Shown: in pieces, positions 35,401-44,072 of the stretch | Numbering within the stretch: the stretch's first letter is position 1 | How the letters are laid out: every line of letters begins with the position of its first letter | From: an uncultured Clostridia bacterium | GTDB lineage: Bacteria; Bacillota; Clostridia; Oscillospirales; CAG-272 | DNA length: 64,000 nt | Assembly: GCA_944391805.1 (NCBI GenBank) | Contig: CALXUY010000093.1 | Coordinates: 4,688 to 68,687 of the forward strand | Reading direction: 5' to 3' | Translations under genes and position numbers: made by a program | Notes under the pieces: generated by a model | Seen by the model: the letters and a program-made list of their open reading frames with translations, nothing else | Told to the model about the DNA's origin: nothing | The model's database searches: none

Positions 35401-35670
35401 TCAGATGTGATGCATGGTGTTGAAGATGTCCTCATGCATCGTGTGAATGTCCAGCCCCCGGCCGGTTCCCAGCGCCGAAAGAATATCCACAAACTCCGAA
35501 AAGCCGATGGTCAAGCCGTCGATGGAGGCCAGCATGATCATGGCGAAGTACTCGCTGAGCACGGTCTGTGTAATGTCGAGAATATTCGCGCCGTATTTGG
35601 CGCACACACCGGCTACGTCGGCGATGATGCCCACGCTGTCCTTGCCGGTTACGGTAATCACTGCTTTCAT
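35401..35670 (-). CDS. ACT-domain protein (UPF0237)
   Basis: MKAVITVTGKDSVGIIADV...ANILDITQT. SD GGAGAGGA before ATG 35670. Confidence 0.8.
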   Translation of the reverse strand: MKAVITVTGKDSVGIIADVAGVCAKYGANILDITQTVLSEYFAMIMLASIDGLTIGFSEFVDILSALGTGRGLDIHTMHEDIFNTMHHI

Positions 35671-35700
35671 TTTTTCATCCTCTCCGGTTTTCTTTCCTTT

Positions 35701-35729
35701 ATTATACATGTTTTTGTATTGAAAATCAA
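35701..35729 (-). promoter_or_regulatory. Candidate promoter (TTGATT-17-TATAAT) for the ACT/UPF0210 operon
   Basis: -10 at 35701-35706 and -35 at 35724-35729 on the minus strand, with a 17-nt spacer. Confidence 0.5.
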
Positions 35730-35870
35730 GCATTTGGCGCAAGATTTTCCCGGTTTCGGCTCTGAATCGGCAAAAAGTGATGGACAAGGCCGGAAAAGTG
35801 TGCGATCATATGTACAGGTTGAATCTGCCGGTGCAGAGAATTCACCGCGCGCCTCCGGCGAAGATTGGCG

Positions 35871-36029
35871 GAGAGGAAGGGAAAGACCTCGAAGGGAGGG
35901 CACCTCTTGAAAGAGGGCGCCCTCCCTCCTCCGAGAACTTCTCCTGCGCAGGCGCCGGAATTTGGTCAGCGAGCGGATATGGAAAAAGGCAGGAACGGCG
36001 CCTGCGCAGGAGAAGCCCCATTCGGGGCA
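35871..36029 (+). repeat. Structured intergenic repeat, copy B
   Basis: Shares GGAAAGACCTCG...CTCTTGAAAGAG...CTCCTCCGAGAACTTC and the ...AAGCCCCATTCGGGG end with copy A. Hairpin 2 is a perfect 19-bp stem (35938-35956 / 35997-36015). Confidence 0.65.
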
Positions 36030-36300
36030 GACACGATTTTGGGAACACCGGGCGCATCGGACATCCAACGGAAGGCCGTTGGCAGTGAATTCGGAATCGA
36101 AAACCGGACATTCGGCAAACAGCGGATGCCCGTTTTTTACTTTCGGCAGTGCGGCATTCATTGCCGACCGTTTGTCATCCGGAAGCGCGGCAAATCCGGA
36201 CGTGCTTCTTGTGCCGCATCTGTTTGGGTTTGACCGCGCCGGGGCAAAAGCCGGCGTTTTGAAGCTGAACCCCGCATTCCGGTCCACCCGCCGTAGCCCG

Positions 36301-36470
36301 CCTCTCCCGAACGGGACTTTCCCCGACGCCGCCTGTCGCTTTGACGGATAGGTGTATAGATGTATAAATGGCGGGCGGCGTCGGGGAAGGTTCTCGGAGG
36401 AGGGAGGTTTGGGGGGAGGGCGGCCTCTTTCAAGAGGTGCCCTCCCCCCAAGGTCTTTCCTTTCCTCACC
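36301..36470 (-). repeat. Structured intergenic repeat, copy C (inverted relative to copy B)
   Basis: The reverse complement reads GGAAAGGAAAGACCTTGGGGGGAGGGCACCTCTTGAAAGAGG...CTCCTCCGAGAACCTTCCCCGACGCCGCC...GGCGGCGTCGGGGAAAGTCCCGTTCGGGA. Confidence 0.65.
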
Positions 36471-36482
36471 GCATCATTGCCA

Positions 36483-37334
36483 TTACGGCGTTCTCGGGTA
36501 TTGATCCATATCAAAAACATAATACCCCGGCACACGGTCGTTGTAGGCCAGCAGCTCCTCGTCGGTAATCAGACAGGAGTTGAGAGGATATTCCATCTCA
36601 TGCGGGCAGCAGTCCCAGTGATACCAGGCCGGTTCACTCTCGGTTCCGATATTGATGAGGAACCAGTAATGCGTGGAGGGCAGAACACCGGGGGAGCGCT
36701 GCACCGTGAGATAGGGATAGCCCAGCCGCTCAAAAAAAGCCCTGGCCACGGCATAGTAAGTAAAGCAATCGCCCTGACCGTCCGTCAGCCCGCGGTAGGC
36801 CTCGGACGTCCAATCGCTTTTATCAGAATCCCCGGCATAGGTCATGATCGATTTGATGTAAAAATACAGATCTTCACAAACCGCGCTTTTGTCGTCGATG
36901 TAAAGCCCTCTTTGGATGAGAATGGGATCGACCAGCTCATATAGCGCTTCCAGCGACACGGGCTGTTCTGTTACGGTTACGCGGATCTGTTCTTCGGTCC
37001 GGTTGCCGGACGAATCCTCCGCGATGTAGGTCACCGGATATTCTCCGGGGGTAAATCTGTCCACCCGGCTGGAATCCACCGTAAAGTCGATTTCGCCGTC
37101 CACATTATCCCGGCAGACGATGTTCTGGCGGTAGGCAATGCCATCCCCGACGTAAATCGAAATATCGTGCAAACCCGTAAAAACCGGCGGGACGGTGTCT
37201 TTCCCGCCCGATTGACAGGAAGAAAGCAGCATGGTCAGCGCCAAAAACGCCGAAACGCCGACCTGCTTCCACAAAACCGGCCTGTTGCTTCTGTCTGTCT
37301 GCTGCGCATCTTCTGTTTTCCAAAGCTCCTTCAT
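36483..37334 (-). CDS. Transglutaminase-like cysteine peptidase-fold lipoprotein with an Ig-like domain
   Basis: Lipobox LLSSC. Ig-like PPVFTGLHDISIYVGD...PGEYPVTYIAEDSSGN. Catalytic-type GQGDCFTYY ... HYW. ATG 37334 is chosen; the track start 37382 is a TTG. Confidence 0.6.
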   Translation of the reverse strand: MKELWKTEDAQQTDRSNRPVLWKQVGVSAFLALTMLLSSCQSGGKDTVPPVFTGLHDISIYVGDGIAYRQNIVCRDNVDGEIDFTVDSSRVDRFTPGEYPVTYIAEDSSGNRTEEQIRVTVTEQPVSLEALYELVDPILIQRGLYIDDKSAVCEDLYFYIKSIMTYAGDSDKSDWTSEAYRGLTDGQGDCFTYYAVARAFFERLGYPYLTVQRSPGVLPSTHYWFLINIGTESEPAWYHWDCCPHEMEYPLNSCLITDEELLAYNDRVPGYYVFDMDQYPRTP

Positions 37335-37469
37335 TTTTTCATTCCCCAATATCAAAGTATCGTTTTTTATCAATTTGCTCAAGGCTTCAGGCCGCGCGTT
37401 TTTCGGAAGGCTTGCAACAAGGCAAAGGGCGAAACTTGAAGTGGGGAGCTTCTTTCAAAAGCTCCTTCA

Positions 37470-38837
37470 TCAAGCCCCCGCCCGATTATCCGCAGTTGTC
37501 AGCCGCCGTACTGTCCAGAGCATGGTGGCAAAGCAGGCAACGCCGGATACAAAATTGGAGATCGGTTCGGCCACAAACACACCGGTCACGCCCAGTCCGC
37601 CGATGTGCGGGAGCAGCAGCGTCAGCGGTACCACGACAATGATTTTGCGCAGCAGAGAGAAGCAGACCGCCTGCCGGGATTTTCCCAGTCCCACAAACAC
37701 GCATTGGCCCACCGAGTGGAACGCCATCATGAAGAATCCGAAAAAGAAGATGTGCATGGCCGGCGCACCCTTTTCGAGCAGCTCCGGATCGGCGTTGAAG
37801 AGCTGCATGATCGGCTCGGGGAACAGGAAGATCAGCAGCCAGCAGAGCGCGGCATAAACGGCGCTGATCGGCGTGGTGAAACGGATGGCCGCTTTGATGC
37901 GGTCATATTTCTGCGCGCCGAGATTGTAGCCGATGACCGGCTGGGCAGCGTTGCTCAGCCCCTGCATGGGCAGAAGAACCACCTCCCGCACAGAGTTCAG
38001 CACGGTCATCACACCGATGTAGATGTCCCCGCCGTAGGCGCCCAGCGTGTTGTTTGCCGCAATCTGTACGGCTCCGTTGGAGGCCTGCATGATAAAGCCC
38101 GCCACGCCGAGCCGCATGATTTCCCAGATTGTTGCGCCGTGAAGGCGGGCTTTTCGGATGCGGAGTTTGCGCAGCGCCCGGCGGCCGGTCAGAAACAGCA
38201 GCACCCAAACGGCCGAGAGCAGCTGCGAGAGAACCGTGGCGATGGCAGCCCCGGCAATGCCCATATCAAACGCAAAGATGAAGATCGGGTCGAGGATGAT
38301 GTTTGCCACCGCGCCGAACAGGATCGTGAACATGCCGGTTTTCCCAAACCCCTGTGCGTTGATAAAGCCGTTCATGCCGGTGGAGAGCATAACAAACGGC
38401 GTGCCGATCAGGTAAATCTTCAGATACTCCGCGCTATAGGGGTAACTCTCGTCGCTGGCCCCGAACAGGTAGAGAACCGGCTTCATGAACAGATAGCAGA
38501 GCAGCATGATTGCCACCGAGCTGATGCAGAGCATCAGAAAAGTGTTCTCCATATATCGGTTCTCGGCCTCGGCATTCCGCTTGCCCCGGGCAATCGAAAA
38601 AAGCGGCACGCCTCCGGTGCCGAACAAATTGGTGAAGGCCATGATAATCGTGACAATCGGAAAGGTCAGCCCCAGGCCGGTCAGCGCCATGGATGACGTT
38701 CCCTCCATGTGCCCGATGTAAATGCGGTCCACCAGATTGTAGGCGATCTGCACCAGTTGCCCCAAGGTCATCGGAACGGCCAGGGAGAGGATGTGGCGCG
38801 GAACGCTGCCGTGTGAAAAATCGTTATTGTCGCTCAT
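37470..38837 (-). CDS. MATE family efflux transporter
   Basis: HILSLAVPMTLGQLVQIAYNLVDRIYIGH N-terminus and about 12 TM segments. Confidence 0.85.
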   Translation of the reverse strand: MSDNNDFSHGSVPRHILSLAVPMTLGQLVQIAYNLVDRIYIGHMEGTSSMALTGLGLTFPIVTIIMAFTNLFGTGGVPLFSIARGKRNAEAENRYMENTFLMLCISSVAIMLLCYLFMKPVLYLFGASDESYPYSAEYLKIYLIGTPFVMLSTGMNGFINAQGFGKTGMFTILFGAVANIILDPIFIFAFDMGIAGAAIATVLSQLLSAVWVLLFLTGRRALRKLRIRKARLHGATIWEIMRLGVAGFIMQASNGAVQIAANNTLGAYGGDIYIGVMTVLNSVREVVLLPMQGLSNAAQPVIGYNLGAQKYDRIKAAIRFTTPISAVYAALCWLLIFLFPEPIMQLFNADPELLEKGAPAMHIFFFGFFMMAFHSVGQCVFVGLGKSRQAVCFSLLRKIIVVVPLTLLLPHIGGLGVTGVFVAEPISNFVSGVACFATMLWTVRRLTTADNRAGA

Positions 38838-39085
38838 GCTGCTGTGCTTTCTATCATTTGGTTCAACGGATTTCCGGACGCGCCGGAGCTGGTTTTGGCC
38901 GAGCTGCGCGGGCGGCGATGCAGAATCTGCCGCCGGGTTGGATCCGAAATCGCTGCCAAGCGTTTCCTACAGTCTCTATTCACCACCGCCATATCGATAG
39001 CATTGTGGTTAAACATATGATACCACGCATGCAGTCGTTTGTCAAGAGTCGGTAAAAAAATTTTAACAATTATGGAACATAACTA

Positions 39086-39114
39086 TTGACAATCGAAGCG
39101 TTTTGCAGTATAAT
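39086..39114 (+). promoter_or_regulatory. Consensus SigA-type promoter (TTGACA-17-TATAAT)
   Basis: Exact hexamers at 39086-39091 and 39109-39114, upstream of the lipoprotein gene. Confidence 0.55.
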
Positions 39115-39178
39115 AGAAAGGCGACAACCGGTAGGGCAAGCACCTCCGGTAAATACATTGATTTGAAGGAGAATTTTT

Positions 39179-39619
39179 ATGAAACCCACTATGCTAAAGA
39201 TTGCTTCTGCGGCACTTGTTTGCCTGATGCTGTTTTCACTTGCCAGTTGTTCCTCCGATAAGTCCTCCGCTGTGGAGAAGGCCTTTACCGACGAGGGCTA
39301 CGAGGTTTCCAAGTCCGACGCGAACAACGAGACCGTCAAGCCGCTGCTCGGATTGCTGTTGAACGAGGAGCAGATTGAGCATGTTTCGGAATATGAGATT
39401 ATGCTCTGCGTGCCGGAGGGGCTGCTCAATGTCGGCAACACCGCAATTGTCATCAAATTCCCGTCTGCGGGCGACCTGAAGGATTTTCTGACCACCGAAA
39501 AGGACGGGGAAAAGGATACCTCCACCTATGATAAGGCCAAGGAGGACGGAAACATCAACGGCAACTGCCTGCTCATCACTGCAGGCAGCGAGGCAAGAGA
39601 CATTTTCAAAAAGGCATAA
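39179..39619 (+). CDS. Small lipoprotein of unknown function (146 aa)
   Basis: Signal plus lipobox (LFSLASC). SD AAGGAG. No domain was recognised. Confidence 0.6.
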   Translation: MKPTMLKIASAALVCLMLFSLASCSSDKSSAVEKAFTDEGYEVSKSDANNETVKPLLGLLLNEEQIEHVSEYEIMLCVPEGLLNVGNTAIVIKFPSAGDLKDFLTTEKDGEKDTSTYDKAKEDGNINGNCLLITAGSEARDIFKKA

Positions 39620-39636
39620 CTCCGAATCGCCGGATA

Positions 39637-39723
39637 CACGCCCCCACGGCAAGTCTGTGGGGGCGTGTGAGAAAAAAACACCCCATGCACGCCCTGATGG
39701 GCGCGAGCATGGGGTGTTTTTTT
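39637..39723. terminator. Two consecutive hairpins acting as a bidirectional terminator
   Basis: CACGCCCCCAC pairs with GTGGGGGCGTG (39637-39667). AAAAAAACACCCCATGC pairs with GCATGGGGTGTTTTTTT (39672-39723). Confidence 0.7.
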
Positions 39724-39820
39724 GCAAATGCAGGTGGATATCAGCGCACTGATTTTCGGATGGCAGTGTGCCGCTGTCTGCCACGGAGAAGGCGGATTAT
39801 CGGGTAAGGCTCTGATCGGT

Positions 39821-40720
39821 TTACTGCTTGCGTTTCCGGCGCGCTCTGCGGATTACGAGCACAACGGCCACGGCCGCGGCTGCGAGCAGTACCAGAACGG
39901 GAAGGGCTCCGACGAACCAGATCAGAAAATTCTGCACCCCCTGCCAGAAGCCCTGCAGTCCTTCGACAAAGGAATTGCCCAGACGACTGCCGAAGCTGCT
40001 GTTTGCCACGGCCGTGTAGTTCAGCACCTCGCTGATGCTCAATTTGACCGTAGAGTAGGCGACCATACTGTCGTACCGGTTGAGCTGCCCCTGATAGACC
40101 GCAATTTCCTGCCGGACCTCCGAGAGGCGCTGACTCACGGTCAGCCACAGGGAATAGTCCTGCTTGGTCTCGGTGGCGTTCATCATGTCCAGCAGGGAAT
40201 CCCGCTCGGCTTGCAGCTCCTCCAGGCGCGCCTCGATCGAGTAGTAGGTTTCGCTCACGTCCTCCACATAGCTGTTGTTGGAGGTCACGTTGAACAGCGT
40301 GCCCACCGTGCCGACAAACTCCTCTGCCCGCTCCGCAGGAATTCGGATGGTATATTGCGCATAGCGGCTGTAGGCCGCGGAGGTGTTGTTCAGGCTTTTG
40401 TCCGAGGTGGAGGAGCTCTCCACATATCCGCCGCAATCGGCCACCAGCTGCTGCAGGGATGCGATTGCAGCATCATATTCCTTGGTTTCGGAGTTGATTT
40501 CATAGGTTTTGATGATCTTGCGGTCGGCTATGTCGGGGGCATTGATCGGAACGTCCGCATCCCCGTTTACAAGGCCGCTTTGATCCTTCTCGTAGGAGGG
40601 AGCGGATGAGTCGCTGTTGCCGGCGGATCCGGCAGGACCGCTTTTGGAACAGGATACGAAGGCGAGAAGCGTCAGCAGAGCGAACAGCAGGGCAAACAGA
40701 CGCGTACTTGTGTGTTTCAT
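39821..40720 (-). CDS. DUF4349-domain lipoprotein
   Basis: Lipobox AFVSC, RKIIKTYEINSETKEYD...IRIPAERAEEF...coiled coil, and a C-terminal TM segment. This architecture is typical of DUF4349. Confidence 0.7.
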   Translation of the reverse strand: MKHTSTRLFALLFALLTLLAFVSCSKSGPAGSAGNSDSSAPSYEKDQSGLVNGDADVPINAPDIADRKIIKTYEINSETKEYDAAIASLQQLVADCGGYVESSSTSDKSLNNTSAAYSRYAQYTIRIPAERAEEFVGTVGTLFNVTSNNSYVEDVSETYYSIEARLEELQAERDSLLDMMNATETKQDYSLWLTVSQRLSEVRQEIAVYQGQLNRYDSMVAYSTVKLSISEVLNYTAVANSSFGSRLGNSFVEGLQGFWQGVQNFLIWFVGALPVLVLLAAAAVAVVLVIRRARRKRKQ

Positions 40721-40938
40721 GGGAATTGGTCCTTTCCGATGGAATTGACCGGGGTATGCGCTGCCGGAATTCTGCGCGCGTTCCGTCCGGTTTCATCTGA
40801 TATGTCGCTGTTTTCACTGCTTGGTTACACTTTTTCAAAAAAATCCTATCAAAAACTACACAAAAAATTCTATAATGGTGCATTTCACTCCGGAACTTGC
40901 TGTTCCGGAGCTTTTTCTGTTTGCGGCCTGTATATTGC

Positions 40939-42312
40939 TTACCTCCGTGGGATCGGGAGCGGAAGCGAGAGAATCTCATTGGCGTCCCTGTAGATGTTTT
41001 CCTGTCTGGCGCCCAGCTCCTTGATGTAGCTTCGGGTACGGATGACACCGGTGTTGTGTGTGTTCAGGCCCTCGCCGTTGTCGCCGTACCAAAAGCGGTT
41101 TCCGGTCTGCCACAGATAGATGTCTGCTCCGATCCGGCGATAGCATTCCAAAGAGACGTTCCCGCAGCCGTGATGCCCGACAACAACCGCATCGCTGGCG
41201 AGTTGGCTTGCAGGCAGGGCCGTCAGCGCGTTGGAGCAAATCCATTCCGCGTCGGCCAGAAACAGTATGCTCTGAAGGTTGCGGTAATTCAGCCGGAAGA
41301 TGACGCTCGAGTCATTCATATTCATATCGGCGGCGTCCTTCATATCCGGTGTATGGAGCACCTGAAATTCCATTTCGTCCACGCGGATGATGTTTCCGGT
41401 CTGCACCGTATGCAGCTCTGCTCCCACGGAGGTATAGGAGCCGAGCAGAACGTCAAGCACCTGCCCGTTTGCAGGATTGGCCTCCTTGGAGAGCACTGTG
41501 TAGAATTCCCGTGGGAGCAGGTGGCAATAGAAATGCTCCACCTGTATACGGGAAGCAAGGGACATGTCCTCGCATAGCCGTTTGTATACGCCGTAGTGAT
41601 CCTCGTGGAGATGTGTGAGCATCCACGCGGCCACAACCGGTTTCTGCGGAGAAGCGATGGTCTCCAGTACCGAAACGATGTGTTCCGCATCCGCCTCGTG
41701 CCCGCCGTCAATCACAACCAGCTTTCCGCTTTCGGTTTTCAGGATGCTGCACCCCATGTTCCAATCGAGAACCTCGGAGCTGGGAACCGAATAAAACGCG
41801 GCACCTGCAAGGCGTTTGGGCAGATGCGCGCGCAGCGCCTCCTTGGTATAAGCAAAGGAGTAGCCATTCGGAATCCGGACGTCCGGATTTTGCGGAAATT
41901 CCTCATAGGTCGAGAAAACAAACGGGTATTGCAGAATTTCTTCAACAAAGTGATATGCCGCAAACACGGTGCCGTATGCGCCGTCATTGATGCGGCGGTA
42001 GGCCGACCGGTAGGCAGACTCGGCGGATTCTGCTTCTCCCAGCCCGAGCAGGTAGGTTCTGGAGCCGACCGTTCGGATTTCATATTCCCAGAGTCTGTCC
42101 GGTGAGCGGCGCACCTGCAGTGCGTCGGCACTTTCGCGATTGGTTTTGCCAATCACCAGCTCGTTTTCCGATGGGGGAAGGCTGTCCGATACCATCGGCA
42201 GCTTTCGGCCGCAAATCAGACAGAGCTGCTGCTGCAGAAACGAGGCTGCACGCCTTTCATTCATTGTGGCGTGTTCGGATATGACCAATGTATAATCAAT
42301 GAGCTTTTTCAT
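40939..42312 (-). CDS. MBL-fold metallo-hydrolase with an N-terminal module shared with the two EEP lipoproteins
   Basis: HxHxDH motif (THLHEDHYG). The start is set at ATG 42312 (MKKLIDY) because the track's GTG 42363 lies inside a TATAAT box. Confidence 0.65.
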   Translation of the reverse strand: MKKLIDYTLVISEHATMNERRAASFLQQQLCLICGRKLPMVSDSLPPSENELVIGKTNRESADALQVRRSPDRLWEYEIRTVGSRTYLLGLGEAESAESAYRSAYRRINDGAYGTVFAAYHFVEEILQYPFVFSTYEEFPQNPDVRIPNGYSFAYTKEALRAHLPKRLAGAAFYSVPSSEVLDWNMGCSILKTESGKLVVIDGGHEADAEHIVSVLETIASPQKPVVAAWMLTHLHEDHYGVYKRLCEDMSLASRIQVEHFYCHLLPREFYTVLSKEANPANGQVLDVLLGSYTSVGAELHTVQTGNIIRVDEMEFQVLHTPDMKDAADMNMNDSSVIFRLNYRNLQSILFLADAEWICSNALTALPASQLASDAVVVGHHGCGNVSLECYRRIGADIYLWQTGNRFWYGDNGEGLNTHNTGVIRTRSYIKELGARQENIYRDANEILSLPLPIPRR

Positions 42313-42354
42313 TGCAGCTTTTGAATCCTTTCGGAAATTGTTGATTTCATACGT

Positions 42355-42383
42355 ATTATACACGATTTTTGTTTATTTGTCAA
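42355..42383 (-). promoter_or_regulatory. Consensus SigA-type promoter (TTGACA-17-TATAAT) for the MBL hydrolase gene
   Basis: On the minus strand, -35 at 42378-42383 and -10 at 42355-42360, with an exact 17-nt spacer. Confidence 0.55.
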
Positions 42384-42500
42384 TTCTTTTCTTGCGTTTG
42401 AAACCAATTTTCTGATTGTTTAATTATAATAAAATTACAAATATAATTTTGTGTTTTTTAACAAAATTATGATTTTACATTCATTTTACAAGAAAATGTA

Positions 42501-42529
42501 TTGACATTTCGTGGAAAATGCGTTATAAT
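42501..42529 (+). promoter_or_regulatory. Consensus SigA-type promoter (TTGACA-17-TATAAT) for the glycosidase cassette
   Basis: Exact hexamers at 42501-42506 and 42524-42529. A leader of about 150 nt follows before the start codon. Confidence 0.55.
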
Positions 42530-42685
42530 GAATGCAATCGTTTGAATCAAAAATAAAAAGAAATATAAACGATACTCGAAATAGAATCATAATTAAAAGC
42601 AAAAAACAATTAGACTGCTTGCAATTGTAGAAGCATCGACAAGCTATGTATTTGCAACGGCCAATCAATCAGGAGGATGAATTGC

Positions 42686-44017
42686 GTGAAACGGATAACG
42701 GTGAATTTTGCTCGGGAGAACGGGAAGCCGGTCTACCCGCTGCACGGCGTCAATTCCGGGCCGATGACAAAGGTGTTTACCTATGACGCGAGACCCCAAT
42801 TTCTGGAAGCCGGCTTTCCCTTTGCCAGGCTGCACGATGTGGAGTATCCATACGGCTCGGGTGAGTTTGTGGACATTCCCTGCATTTTCAAAAACTTTGA
42901 TGCGGATGAAAATGACCCCGCAAGCTACAATTTTGGGCTGACGGACGAATACATCCGCCGCATTGTGGAGGTGGGCTGCGCGCCTCTGTTCCGCTTGGGC
43001 ATTTCCATCGAGCACGCACCCGTCAAGCGGTATGTTTACCCGCCCAGGGATTATGCCAAGTGGGCGCGGATCTGCGAGCATATCATCCGTCACTACAACG
43101 AGGGGTGGGCGAACGGCTTTCACTGGGGAATTGCGTACTGGGAAATCTGGAATGAGTCGGACGGCGGAAACTCAAAGATGTGGGGCGGCACACCGGAGGA
43201 ATTTTATGAGCTGTATGTTGTGAGCGCCAGACATCTGAAGGCCTGCTTCCCGCAGCTCAAAATCGGTGGCTGCGGCTTTACCACTGCCAAAAATGCTTTT
43301 ATTGAGGGCTTTTTTGCCTATATTTCCTCCCGGAAGGAGCCCGTTCCGTTGGATTTTTATTCCTGGCACCGGTATTTTGATTCCATCGATACGCTATTGC
43401 GTTCGGCTGCCGATGCCGATCGGCTGCTGAATACCTACGGCTACGGTGATGCCGAAAGCATTCTGGACGAGTGGAACTATATGCGGGATTGGAATGATCA
43501 GGCCGACAGCTACCGGGCCATGAAAAATCATATCGGCGCGGCGCATTGCGGCGCGGTGCTGTGTGCGCTGCAGCAGCAGAGCAATGTGCGTCTTGCAACC
43601 TATTTTGAGGCCGACGTCGTCAAGGAGTTCTGCGGGCTGTTTGACGTCAGGGAAATGTCGATCAGCCGCAAATGTGCCACGCTCCGGCCGCTCAAGGCCT
43701 TTTATGCCTTCAAGGCCTTCAACCGGCTGTACCGGTTGGGCCGTGCGGTGGACGCGGTCTGCTCCGGCTCCGGCCTGTATGCCTGCGCGGCGACAGGGGA
43801 GGGCGGCTGCGCCCTGCTCGCGGCGAACTATTGCTCCGAGGATACGGAGGCGGCAATTGAGCTGTGCGGTTGGCACACCGGGAATGCGGAGGTGCGGCTG
43901 ATTGATGAGGATCACACCTTTGACAGGCTGCTGACGCTGAAGGGCGGCGAATGCATGACGCTGTCGGTCCCGCTCAAAAACCATTCGGTGGTCTATATCG
44001 GGCCGGAAATCACCTGA
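42686..44017 (+). CDS. Clan GH-A (beta/alpha)8 glycoside hydrolase, GH39-like, no signal peptide
   Basis: Candidate acid/base site AYWEIWNESD and candidate nucleophile ILDEWNY. GTG 42686 is 9 nt from AGGAGG; ATG 42677 directly abuts the SD. Confidence 0.6.
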   Translation: MKRITVNFARENGKPVYPLHGVNSGPMTKVFTYDARPQFLEAGFPFARLHDVEYPYGSGEFVDIPCIFKNFDADENDPASYNFGLTDEYIRRIVEVGCAPLFRLGISIEHAPVKRYVYPPRDYAKWARICEHIIRHYNEGWANGFHWGIAYWEIWNESDGGNSKMWGGTPEEFYELYVVSARHLKACFPQLKIGGCGFTTAKNAFIEGFFAYISSRKEPVPLDFYSWHRYFDSIDTLLRSAADADRLLNTYGYGDAESILDEWNYMRDWNDQADSYRAMKNHIGAAHCGAVLCALQQQSNVRLATYFEADVVKEFCGLFDVREMSISRKCATLRPLKAFYAFKAFNRLYRLGRAVDAVCSGSGLYACAATGEGGCALLAANYCSEDTEAAIELCGWHTGNAEVRLIDEDHTFDRLLTLKGGECMTLSVPLKNHSVVYIGPEIT

Positions 44018-44072
44018 AATCAAAGTGCCGGTCACTTTTGATGATATAAAATTTACATAAGGAGGGAAATGA

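Noticed and set aside
42313-42363. GTG 42363 as the start of the MBL hydrolase
   Set aside because: The codons GTG-TAT-AAT form the -10 box of a perfect TTGACA-17-TATAAT promoter, and no SD is present. The in-frame ATG 42312 is used instead.
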